DNA from: Octopus sinensis
Lineage: Eukaryota
Length of the DNA stretch: 64,000 nucleotides
Assembly: GCF_006345805.1 (NCBI RefSeq)
Contig: NC_043004.1
Location: 97,340,001 to 97,404,000 of the forward strand
Reading direction: 5' to 3'
Part shown: in pieces, positions 1 through 11,003 of the stretch
Numbering within the stretch: position 1 is the first letter of the stretch
How the letters are laid out: every line of letters begins with the position of its first letter
The notes under the pieces: model-generated
The model's database searches: none
Told to the model about the DNA's origin: nothing
Seen by the model: the letters and a program-made list of their open reading frames with translations, nothing else
Position numbers and translations under genes: made by a program

Positions 1-69
1 AACGTAACGGCAGACGAAATACTGCTAAGCATTTCTCCCGGCGTGCTAACGTTTCTGCCAGCTCGCCGC
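1..69 (-). mobile_element. SINE family B, head fragment (window edge)
   Basis: Reverse complement of GGCGGCGAGCTGGCAGAAACGTTAGCACGCCGGG, the head shared by many copies in the window. Confidence 0.8.
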
Positions 70-416
70 TATACAAAAGCACAATGTAAGTAACGTCGAA
101 GCAGACCATTTCTCCCTTGGCCTTTTTAATTACGAAGACCAGGAAAATGTTTTGGTGAGGGTGAAGAATCGCTAGACTGTCACACAGTACTGTATAAGTC
201 AAAGTGTTTGAAATGTCGAAGAACCCACCAACCGTTCACTCACCATCGCCACTTAGAGAAAAAGCAAGTAAATTAATAATAGTCATTTCAAATTTTGGCA
301 CACGGCCGGTAATTTTAGGAGGAGAGACAAATCGCTTACATCGAAACTAATACATGATTAGCACTTATTTTATAGAACCCGAAAGGCGAAGTTGACCTTG
401 GTGGTAATTGAAATCA

Positions 417-647
417 GGCGGCGAGCTGGCAGAAACGTTAGCACGCCGGGCGAAATGTTTAGCGGTATTTCGTCTGCGTTACGTTGTGAGTTCAAATTCT
501 GCCGAGGTCGACTTTGCCTTTCATCCTTTCGGGGTCGATAAATTAAGTACCAGTTACGCACTGGGGTCGCTGTAATCGACTTAATACCTATGTCTGTCCT
601 TGTTTGTCCCCTCTGTGTTTAGCCCCTTGTGGGTAATAAAGAAATAG
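417..647 (+). mobile_element. SINE family B, full monomer (~230 bp)
   Basis: Head GGCGGCGAGCTGGCAG, B-box-like GAGTTCAAATT, central GCCTTTCATCCTTTCGGGGTCGATAAA, tail GTGGGTAATAAAGAAATAG; abuts an older inverted relative at ~290-416. Confidence 0.85.
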
Positions 648-2660
648 GTAATTGAAATCATAATGTAAAGCGACGGAGAAAATGCTTCTATGCATTTTAT
701 TCGACGTACTAACAATTATGCCAGCAAACCACAACCGCATAATCAAAACCAACAGAAAGATCCACAAGCTTAACAGCAACCACAGCAACAGCAATTAAAG
801 AAAAAAAACGATAAATACAACTCAACAAACCGTCACGGAAAAAATAAAAACAAAAACAGTAACATCGATAACAGCAATGTCAGCATCGAAGCAATCAAAA
901 TGTTCGCCCCCTCTCCACTTCCTGCTATGAATAAAAAAAAAAGCTAAGTTGATGAAGTCCATAACAATTTTGTAATTATTACTATGTACATATATTTTAC
1001 ACAAACTATCAATATGCAACAACTAACGGAATGAAAGATCTTGTGAATAATTCAACAATCTAACATGTTATTTAACGCTAAAGATGGGAGAAGCTACATC
1101 AATGTTGATGGCTTAGAATCTGTGCGTCCGCTGCTACTGAAATACCGTACCGGATAAAAGACCAAGGACTGCCTCGGTTATGCTCACATTTGTAAAGTGT
1201 CTGTCGATAACTATGAATATTCACTAATAGAATATTTGATTTTGTGCTGTCTCTAGCAGTGACTATACTTTGATCAAACCACTGAACATTCTTACAAGAA
1301 TAGTGTTGGACTAAATGTTTGAATGAAATTATTTCTTATCATGCAAAGATGAACAATAGAGTAAATACAAGTAAAAATACAATTAAAGGCTAAGGCTTTG
1401 AAGAGCACATCGCAAAAAAAAAACGAACTAATAGACTCCTGCAAAAGACGTTACCGGAAGACTGTATGACTCCAGGAAATGATATGGAAATTTTCCGAAA
1501 CAGAGAGAACCTTTAGCAGGGCCCTTTCAAGAAAACCCCGTCCTAGCAAGAGCAAATTAATTATCCTTCTCTTAATTACCTCCGCCTAATACAACTATTG
1601 TAATGTGTAGAAGCTTCGCAAACATGCTCAAGTAGTTTCAGCAGCTTAACAAGTATCAATTCAATTTCCTGAATGCGCCGTTTGTGGGCATGGGTAAATC
1701 GCACTGGATTATCTAAATCATGTTTCCATAGAGTATTTGGTTGGTAAATGAAGAGGAATCGTATAAAGTACCGATAATTTTAGTTGCTCACAAATTCATT
1801 TAATCGTGATATAATCTCAATCCAATTCCTGTTTGAATGAACTATGTTTTACATCCTCTTCATATGAATAAGATAACTATCAATAAAGTTCTGGTGTCAG
1901 TTCACAAACTTATATTCTTTTACATATATGTAACCCAATGTGAAACTAAGAAATCAATCTTCTAGATTACCTTTACGTTAAACATTTGATATTTTCCCGA
2001 GAGAATTATAATTCGTGTTTGTTTGCAGTAAATATTAAATTTTAGACCTTAAGCCTGTCACATCTTATATGACGTAGTCATTTACATCCTATATTTTATC
2101 AAACATGTAAAACTAAAAGATTTTACTGGTGCAACCCTTTTTGTATAATACATTAGTAACCATTAATCTGCGGTATCAAAATCATATAATTCGTTGATTT
2201 CTATGCGCGCAAAATGATAACAACTTAACGAAATAGCTTCTAACTAATTACATTTTGCATTCATGGGGTTATTTCAAAATTCAACTTACAAGTAAAATAA
2301 GAAAAAGAAGGAGACATATGTACATACACTCATACACATATTCAATAGCATAAATGGAACACACACAGTCATAAATATATATATTAAGCTCCTGATTAAA
2401 CCATCAATTCTCTGTCCTCATAAAAAACTATTTTTTCAGATTTGCTACTACCTACCAAGCATTCGCAAAGGAAGAGAGACAGACCGACTATTTGAAGACT
2501 ATGGAAATATTTACAAAACATTTCATTTAATGTTTTTCTCCAATTTAATTGTTTTTCTTATTTTACTCTTAGTTGAAAAGTCTAAAAGGCGGAAACCTGT
2601 ACTAAAATGTACTTCATGATATAATTATTTTAGAATTTTATACCTTGCCTTATTTTGCTT

Positions 2661-2664
2661 ATAT

Positions 2665-2738
<74 letters not shown>
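2661..2738. repeat. (TA)n microsatellite, representative of dozens in the window
   Basis: Direct reading; similar TA/CA/TACA tracts at ~5.9-6.5, 34.5-35.2, 43.1-43.9, 53.6-55.6 and 61.1-61.5 kb generate the YI/IY ORFs. Confidence 0.95.
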
Positions 2739-2740
<2 letters not shown>

Positions 2741-2950
2741 AGTGGTAAATTGACTTGATTAAATTTAATTTAATTTAATTAGGCTGGTTTACCAAAAAGT
2801 ACGTCGAAACAATGCATTGTCCAAAGATGATTAGGGTAAATGTTTTTAATTTTCCTTTGATTTCTGAATTACTACTATTTAGCGGTTTGAGTTTAGCTGC
2901 TCGTTTTAGTGAGTTGAATGGCCTATTAAGGCCATTCCTTAATATTATTG

Positions 2951-3011
<61 letters not shown>

Positions 3012-3015
<4 letters not shown>

Positions 3016-3772
3016 CCTCTCAGATATGCCCTCAAATGCCCAGACAGCCACTCTGGCAGGCTATGCAGATGATACGAAAGTCTCGCAGAAAATACAGAAC
3101 TCCAGCGATGTTGCACACCTGCAGCAGGAGTTGGACTCAATTTACAGATGTGCTGAGGATAATAATATACAGTTTAATGCTGAAAAAATCCAGGCCCCGC
3201 GCTACCAGCATCCAAAACTTAATATGAAACTTACAGAGTACACCAGTCCACATGGAATTTCAATCCCAGAACCTAAGTCAGTGAGGGACCTGGGTATTTA
3301 CATGAGTGATGATATCTCTTTCCAAGTGCACATTACCAGAATGGCGACAAAGTGCAGACGACTGGCTGGGTGGATCCTAAGAACATTCAGAACCAGAGAT
3401 AAGGAAACCATGATGGTCCTCTAGCGGACATTCGTCCTCAGCCGCCTGGATTACTGCTCACAGCTATGGTCACCCACCAGTGTGAAATTAACAGCAAACC
3501 TTCAAGCAATCCAGACAAGATTCACAAAGAAGATCGACTCTTTGCAACAGCTCAGCTACTGGGAAAGGTTGAAACAGCTAAGACTCTACTCCCCGGAGAG
3601 AAGACGGAAGAGGTATGCAGTAATATATATCTGGAAAATCCTGGAAGGAATTGTGCCAAATTTTGGCATTGAAGGCTACACCAATGCCAGAACGGGACGA
3701 CACTGCATAGTACCAAAGATCCCAGCAATGCCATCACGCTTCAGGACCAGTTACAGCAACAGTCTGGGTTTC
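3012..3772 (+). mobile_element. CR1-type LINE reverse-transcriptase C-terminal remnant
   Basis: YADDTK motif, VRDLGI, RTFVLSRLDYCSQLWSP, LSYWERLKQLRLYSPERRR; broken by a stop and a frameshift. Confidence 0.9.
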
Positions 3773-4224
3773 ATCTTACTGATGAGAAACATAAAGTAAT
3801 GTCATTCTAACTCAGATTGCTAATAAGTGCATCTGCATATATTTCACTTGGTTTCAGTAGTTGGACTATGATGACACTGGGATATATAATACATACAAAC
3901 ATATATACATACTTTACATGTAAACATAAATACGTTCATATGTATGTGTGTATATATGTATATACACGCATAGAAATACATGCATATAATTATATGTATA
4001 TGTATGTGTGTCTGTGTGTGTGTGTGAATAAATACGCATACACGAGCATATAGTTCAGGGTAGATAACGCTCGGTAGTCAATGTCCAGCATTTAGGTGTG
4101 TAGGATTGTTATATATCTATGTGTGATATCTGCACTTGCTGGGTGCTTCACACATTTCTCTACAATGTCGTAGAAAGGAATAAAACGGCAGGGAACACGA
4201 ATCTCTGAACAAATAACAATAATA

Positions 4225-4621
4225 CTCTTACTCTTTTACTTGTTTCAGTCATTTGACTGCGGCCATGCTGGAGCACAGCCTTTAGTCGACCAAATCGACA
4301 CCGGGACTTATTCTTTGTAAGCCCAGTACTTATTCTATCGGTCTCTTTTGCCGAACCGCTAAGTGACGGGGACGTAAACACACCAGCATCGGTTGTCAAG
4401 CAATGCTAGGGGGACAAATACACACACACATATACATATATATATATATACATATATACGACAGGCTTCTTTCAGTTTCCGTCTACCAAATCCACTCACA
4501 AGGCATTGGTCGGCCCGGGGCTATATCAGAAGACACTTGCCCAAGATGCCACGCAGTGGGACTGAACCCGGAACCATGTGGTTGGTTAGCAAGCTACTTA
4601 CCACACAGCCACTCCTGCGCC
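4225..4621 (-). mobile_element. tRNA-derived SINE family A (~400 bp, internal CA/TA microsatellite)
   Basis: Minus head GGCGCAGGAGTGGCTGTGTGGTAAG (A box) ... GGTTCAGTCCC (B box), CORE-like CTTGGGCAAGTGTCTTCT, tail TGACTGAAACAAGTAAAAGAG. Confidence 0.9.
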
Positions 4622-4666
4622 TTTATTTTTTTTTTCTTAGTTTTTTTTTAGTTTACTTTTTTTTAC

Positions 4667-4714
4667 CGAAGGAGATATTTCATCGCTCGACATCCTAGCG
4701 TGAACGCCAGACAT
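4667..4714 (-). CDS. Candidate first coding exon (MSGVHARMSSDEISPS), product unknown
   Basis: ATG at 4714, 16 open codons, then G|GTAAAA donor-like site; lies next to the motif cluster; no homology recognised. Confidence 0.25.
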
Positions 4715-4859
4715 AGGAAAACAGCAGAGTCGGATTAAATCTCCATGGTTGAAACAGTCTGGTTCGCCTCCGCTCGGAGCCTTGTCGGGTCACGTCTTAA
4801 TTTGTCTACCGCCAAGAGCTAAGAGAATCGAATAGCGGGAAAAGCTAACTGCTGCTGAT

Positions 4860-4950
4860 TACTGCGCATGCGCATAAGAGGACTTCCGGTAGGCCTACCG
4901 TAAACCACTAATCATTGCACATGAGCAGATGAACATCCCAAAATGGCGTC
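4860..4950. promoter_or_regulatory. Candidate housekeeping-type, possibly bidirectional, promoter
   Basis: TGCGCATGCGCA (NRF1/EWG-type) 4863-4874, ACTTCCGG (ETS) 4882-4889, CAAAATGGCG (YY1/Pho-type) 4939-4948 in a unique CpG-rich island. Confidence 0.55.
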
Positions 4951-5889
4951 TAAACCCTGGTGTCACTACAGGTCCTACAGATTCGTATGAATTCTGTATC
5001 ACTAAACTACGTTTTTTTTTGTACTCAAAGACATACACACATAGATGCGCATAAAAATATACACAGAAACTGACTTAAGTACAGCGACACAGAAAAACAT
5101 AGAAAAAAATGCAGATAACAGAAATTTAATATGAATTTCTTTTATAATCCATCCCTAATATACTTGTTTAAACATTTTGAAGAAAGAAAAATCTTTCATA
5201 AAGGCCTCATAATTATGAGTATTCAGTTAACCTCAAGCGATGCTAAACATAGAAACATACAAACAAAAACAGTCAAGTCAAAATAATAACAATTTTAAAG
5301 TTATTATTGTTATTATCCAGCCAAACTTTTATACTGAGAATAAACAAAATTTTGACATTCAGTTGATTCTCTTGTTCTCGAAGATTCGTTATAAATAATA
5401 AAAATTCATTGAGATATGTAAACATCTCATCAATTTCACACGCTACAGTGAATTGTCTTTTGAAGACCTTTCTATAAGACTTTTGTATGAAGTTAGTAGT
5501 GAAAACGAAAAATAAAAAATAAAGCTGAAAATTAAAAGACAGAGACAGAAGAAGCTGCATAAAACAAGATAATTAAAGAATCAAATGAATTTATTGAAAC
5601 ATAAAACTACAATGCTGTTCTTAATTTAGAATGTCATGTATGATGTGCAATGGAAGAAGAAAAAAAGTTTTTTTTCAATGAACATTTACAGTAATGTTAT
5701 TATGAAACACATTTTTATCTCTTCGTTCTTGTAAAAAAGTTTTCGTTAGAAAGTTTACTTTGGTGTATCAAATAGAAAAATTGAAACAAAAAAATCTAAG
5801 CCCTTTATATATGCATATCAACTTCTGTATACTCACATAATTGTGCGTACGTCTACACACTGCAGAGTAACATCATCACACACACACAT

Positions 5890-5947
<58 letters not shown>

Positions 5948-5975
5948 CACGTACATATATATATACATATATATA

Positions 5976-6061
<86 letters not shown>

Positions 6062-6296
6062 CATGTATGTATGTATTTACAGATGCACCATACACACATA
6101 CAGTAAAATGTATATGCAACTCAAAAAATGTCAAAATTCAGATAGCCATGTCTGTAATATTTATTGTGCTTAATGAATATAGATCGTTGAAAGACAAGTT
6201 ACTGTTGTAATCGTCTGTGATAGCAACTTTTATGGAACTGGTGTTTTTAAAATATATATATACACACATACATACACATATATATTTATTTATATG

Positions 6297-6327
<31 letters not shown>

Positions 6328-6434
6328 GCGTATATATATATATATGTATATATATATATGTATATATATATATGTATATATATATATGTATATTTATATA
6401 TATATATGTATATATATATATAGTACATATATAC

Positions 6435-6510
<76 letters not shown>

Positions 6511-6902
6511 CCCTTTACTCTTTTATCTGTTTCAGTCATTTTGACTGCGGCCATGTTGGAGCACCGCGTTTAGTCGAGCAAATCGACCCCGGGACTTATT
6601 CTTTGTAAGCCCAGTACTTATTCTATCAGTCTCTTTTGCCGAGCCGCTAAGTGACGGGGGCGTAAACACACCAGCATCGGTTGTCAAGCAATGCTAGAGG
6701 GACAAACACAGGCACACAAACATATATATACATATATACGACAGGCTTCTTTCAGTTTCCGTCTACCAAATCCACTCACAAGTCTATGGTCGGCCCGAGG
6801 CTATAGCAAAAGACACTTGACAAAGATGCCACGCAGTGGGACTGAACCCGGAACCATGTGGTTGGTTAGCAAGCTACTTACCACACAGCCACTCCTGCGC
6901 CT
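6511..6902 (-). mobile_element. SINE family A
   Basis: Same head, core and tail as 4225-4621. Confidence 0.9.
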
Positions 6903-7300
6903 ATTAAAATGTAATTGATATATATATATATCCACCTATCTGTCTCTCTCTATATATATATATGTGTGTGTGTGTGTGTATAAAACATGTAATGTGGAGC
7001 ACGTAATGAGGAGATGGATAATCATAGAAAGAATAATTAATAAGAGAATGTGAGACGGAAGTTTTTAAAATTTTATTGATTTTATAATCAAACAGGGCTA
7101 GTTTTTAGTTTAGTGCAATGCATATTGTGCTCTTTTATGAGGATTTCGATAAAATTTAATTGCATACTAATTTATTATAACAGTTTTTGCATAGGTCATG
7201 AACATAATAGAATTTTATTGTGATACTGTATTATATAAGATAGTAATGGATCGCTCTGTCTGCTGGTGCTTGAGTGGTTAGAAGTGTATATATATATATA

Positions 7301-7693
7301 CTCTCTTTACTCTTTTACTTGTTTCAGTCATTTGACTGCGGCCTTTAATCGAGCAACTCGACCCCGGGACTTATTCTTTTGTAAGCCCAGTACTTATTCT
7401 ATCGGTCTCTTTTGCAAAACCGCTAAGTGACGGGGATGTAAGCACACCAGCATCGGTTGTCAAGCAATGTTGGAAGGGGACAAACACAGGAACACAGACA
7501 CACACACATATATATATATATATACATATATACGACGGGCTTATTTCAGTTTCCGTCTACCAAATCCACTGACAAGGCTTTGGTCGGCCCGAGGCTAGAG
7601 TAGAAGGCACTTGTCCAAGGTGCCACGCAGTGGGACTGAACCCGGAACCGTGTGGTTGGTAAACAAGCTACTTACCACACAGCCACTCCTGCG

Positions 7694-7695
<2 letters not shown>
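7301..7695 (-). mobile_element. SINE family A
   Basis: Same head, core and tail. Confidence 0.9.
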
Positions 7696-7742
<47 letters not shown>

Positions 7743-7787
7743 AAACAAGTCAAGATAGAAAATGCTAAAATAATTTTATAAAGAACA

Positions 7788-7830
7788 TTCCAGTACCGGT
7801 TTCAGTCATTTGAGACCTTTTCAACTGTAA
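7788..7830 (-). ncRNA. Minimal type I hammerhead ribozyme motif, U3:A8 variant (copy 1)
   Basis: UUACAG-UUGAAAA-GGUC UCAAAU GACU-GAAA-CCGG-UA-CUGGAA: stem I 5/6 bp, stem II 4 bp, palindromic ACCGGU stem III, GUA cleavage triplet. Confidence 0.65.
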
Positions 7831-7978
7831 CGATTAAATAATTAAATTTAGAAAAATTAAAAGATAGGTTTTTTTTTAAAGAACATTTGTATAGTGTTCA
7901 AATATAAGTGGCATTTTCCTTGTTTCTGCCTTTCTCTGTGTCTCTTGTGTACACTTGTGGGTTCGAGGTCGTTGTGAC

Positions 7979-8014
<36 letters not shown>

Positions 8015-8065
8015 ATGAAAAAACAAGTCAAGATAGAAAATGCTAAAATAATTTTATAAAGAACA

Positions 8066-8108
8066 TTCCAGTACCGGTTTCAGTCATTTGAGACCTTTTC
8101 AACTGTAA
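8066..8108 (-). ncRNA. Minimal type I hammerhead ribozyme motif, U3:A8 variant (copy 2)
   Basis: Identical to 7788-7830. Confidence 0.65.
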
Positions 8109-8253
8109 CGATTAAATAATTAAATTTAGAAAAATTAAAAGATAGGTTTTTTTTTAAAGAACATTTGTATAGTGTTCAAATATAAGTGGCATTTTCCTTG
8201 TTTCTGCCTTTCTCTGTGTCTCTTGTGTACACTTGTGGGTTCGAGGTCGTTGT

Positions 8254-8300
<47 letters not shown>

Positions 8301-8435
8301 GCTTGAGTGAGATGAGAAAAGATAAATATTATTAGTTTAAGCGGCAAATCATTTATAAGTGCTTATTGTCATAGTTTAAATTTCCTTAGCCTCTTTGTGG
8401 TTAAATAGTAACGTGGTCACCTGATGCATAGCAGA

Positions 8436-9144
8436 TACAGGGTGTTCGGGCTAAATTTGACATTTATATGTCGTGTTTTTTTGCAGGAGCAGCTTGATAT
8501 ATTGGTGAAGAGTCAACTGTATTAGAGAACATAAATAGTAAATTTGTAGTTGAGAAAACATGGAGGAATGGAAGCCAGCTGAATATTGGAAATGATCTAT
8601 CCGTGTCATGACAACACCCACCGGGTTTTAAAATGTCGACATTATGGCTGCTGGTCAATGTTCTTTGAACATTGCAAAGGGCGTTAGACATGATATGGAA
8701 AGCTGCAACCGTAACTTGGAAGTCTTGGCTTGCACGCTGTCATTCTTCCACATATCTTTGAACATGGTGTTTGGCTCGACTCAGACGGTAATGTGAAGCT
8801 ACTGGAGACTGTGGTCAATCTTTGGCTCGAGATGGTTGCTGCTGAAGATTTTATATCAGGATTCGGTTCTTTACCATAACTCCGGCAAACGTCAGAAGTG
8901 GTTATCGGAGAATTTCTACAACATCACCAGCTCCAATTTCTGGCTTCCGAATTCTCCCGATTGTAATCTCATGGATTACTATGTGTAATCCAACTGTTCT
9001 ACCTGCAACACCAAGGCCAACCTAGCGGCCAAGATCAAGGAGATGCACGAAAATCTTCCTACGAATCCAAAAAGTAACTCATGTGCCAGGTTCCAGAGCC
9101 GTCTTGGGGCGGTGGTGAAAGCTAAGGGTGGCTAATTTGAATAA
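8436..9144 (+). mobile_element. Tc1/mariner transposase remnant with left TIR
   Basis: TA-CAGGGTGTTC terminus; WLPNSPDCNLMDYYV at 8941 (WPxxSPDxNPxD motif); ends CARFQSRLGAVVKAKGG; stops and frameshifts. Confidence 0.8.
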
Positions 9145-9831
9145 AGCTAAAAGATCTTACCTGTGCAACCCTCTCTGTATACTACATTAGTAACCATTAA
9201 TCTACAGTATCAACATCACATAATTCGTTGATTTCTATGCGTGCAAAATGATAACAACTTAACGAAATAGCTACTAACTTATTACATTTTGCATTCATGG
9301 GGTTTTGCAAAATTCAACTTACAAGTAAAAATAGGAATAAAATCCAACACATATGCATTCACAATCCTTCACATACAGAAGGAGACATATGTACGTACAC
9401 TCATACACATATACAGTAACATAAATGAAATACACACATAGTCATAAACATATATCTCCCAACTGTAATCTAGTCGATCTTCTTTTGCCTTAATAAAAAT
9501 TATTTTAGTTCGGTATGGTCTATGGATTTTCTTTTAAGAAAAGAGTATGATTTGGCCCGAATAACCAGTATGCAGTTCAATTCTTTTAGGCAGCTCTGTT
9601 TATCGTAATATCATGGAAGATACTGGATTACAAATGCAAAGATCAGGATTTGAAATTTTAACATAATTTTGGTGGGTTATTTTTTCCTATCGAATAGTGA
9701 AGTGTTTTGTGATTTGTAAACCTGATAAGAATGCTTGCTCGTGTCTAACTGGCAGGCAAAAGGAATAAAGAGGTGACACATATTTCACCAATGCGTACTT
9801 TGATTGCTGAGAAAAGCATCTAACTGGAAAT

Positions 9832-9850
9832 AATAATAATAATAATAATG

Positions 9851-9907
<57 letters not shown>

Positions 9908-10820
9908 TAAATAAATAAAAAATGTACGAAAAACTACACGTGCGAAATAATGTGACAACAGAAATAAACGGACCGGTACCCTACGAAAATGACGACCGTC
10001 AAAATAATGGGCCGGACGTTGTACCTCATGTCCCGCAAATAAAACCCAAAAGACGTAAATGGACACGTGAGGAATACATTTCTATCTTACACGCATACTT
10101 CACAGCAATGCTCTACCCAAAAAATGAACATACAACAACACATACATATAAAATATGGAAGGAAAATAATAGAGATATAGACTTGGATACAGCAATGAAC
10201 CCTAATAAATTAGCTAACGTACGAAGATACATTCTCAACACAAAAAAAAAATATCAGAAATAGAAATAGAAATAGAACATCTAAAAGAAAACATACACCA
10301 GGAAAATGTAGATAGAAGCCACACAACAATGCCCAATAATATAAACACTGAAACTGTAAAACACGAAGACAAACGCAACATTCCCAACAAACACGATGTG
10401 AACAACGAAGGGGAGCCTAATGATTATGATAATATAAAAAATAAAATAATCAAAGAACTGAAAACCACAGAGCCCAAAATGACAACGTGTCTCTAAAAGA
10501 AATGGAGAAACTCTCAAAATACAAAGACCTGGAAATAGAGGTAACTAGAATGTGGAATCTGAAAACAGAAACAATTCCTATCATAGTAGGTGCATTAGGC
10601 ATGATAAAAAAATATTCAGATAAATACATAACAAAAACACCAGGACTTACAAACACATATAACATACAGAAAATTGCACTACTAGGCACTGCACACATCC
10701 TACGCAGAACACTTCCCATACAATAACCATCAGAGCATCACAACAAATCACAGCACATACCCAAGGCACACAGAGCTGCGCTCGGTAGTGAAGTGAGAGC
10801 ACGCTATAAAAATAAAACTA

Positions 10821-10863
<43 letters not shown>

Positions 10864-10877
10864 TAATAATAATAATA

Positions 10878-10912
<35 letters not shown>

Positions 10913-10934
10913 TAATAATAATAATAATAATAAC

Positions 10935-10992
<58 letters not shown>

Positions 10993-11003
10993 GTAATAAT
11001 AAT
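9832..11003. repeat. (AAT)n arrays flanking an R4/Dong-like element (9832-9903, 10826-11003)
   Basis: Direct reading. Confidence 0.9.
9920..10825 (+). mobile_element. R4/Dong-like non-LTR retrotransposon, internally deleted
   Basis: N-terminal RRKWTREEY...LANVRRYIL region joined to RLE C-terminus KYKDLEIEVTRMWNLKTETIPIIVGALG...IALLGTAHILRR and 3'UTR ending in (AAT)n. Confidence 0.85.

Larger units (their letters stand above)
7739..8256 (-). mobile_element. Two tandem identical 240-bp Penelope-like pLTR units (7739-7978, 8017-8256) separated by (TA)n
   Basis: Units match at offset 278; minus strand encodes SHNDLEPTSVHKRHRERQKQ, resembling the LN.R.EL.S.CRH end of Penelope ORFs, followed by a hammerhead motif. 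Confidence 0.65.

Noticed and set aside
2450-2629. 59-codon open frame after TTTTTTCAG with a hydrophobic stretch and basic tail
   Set aside because: The hydrophobic part is a T-rich tract; alternative frames are equally plausible; no recognisable homology
3777-3800. CTGATGA-GAAAC, and CTGATGAG at 23456, as hammerheads
   Set aside because: No stem II at 3777; GAAA and stems absent at 23456
4393-4698. Recurrent ORFs containing RQASFSFRLPNPLTRLWSARG
   Set aside because: Antisense read-through of SINE family A, not a gene family
5405-5513. FIEICKHLINFTRYSELSFEDLSIRLLYEV, superficially like a TIR-domain C-terminus
   Set aside because: Two in-frame stops immediately upstream and no convincing splice sites
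5833-6608. Long YI/IY, HT, poly-I, poly-N and poly-Y ORFs here and throughout (e.g. 34.4-35.8, 53.6-55.7, 61.1-63.4 kb)
   Set aside because: Translations of (TA)n, (CA)n and (AAT)n microsatellites with no coding signal
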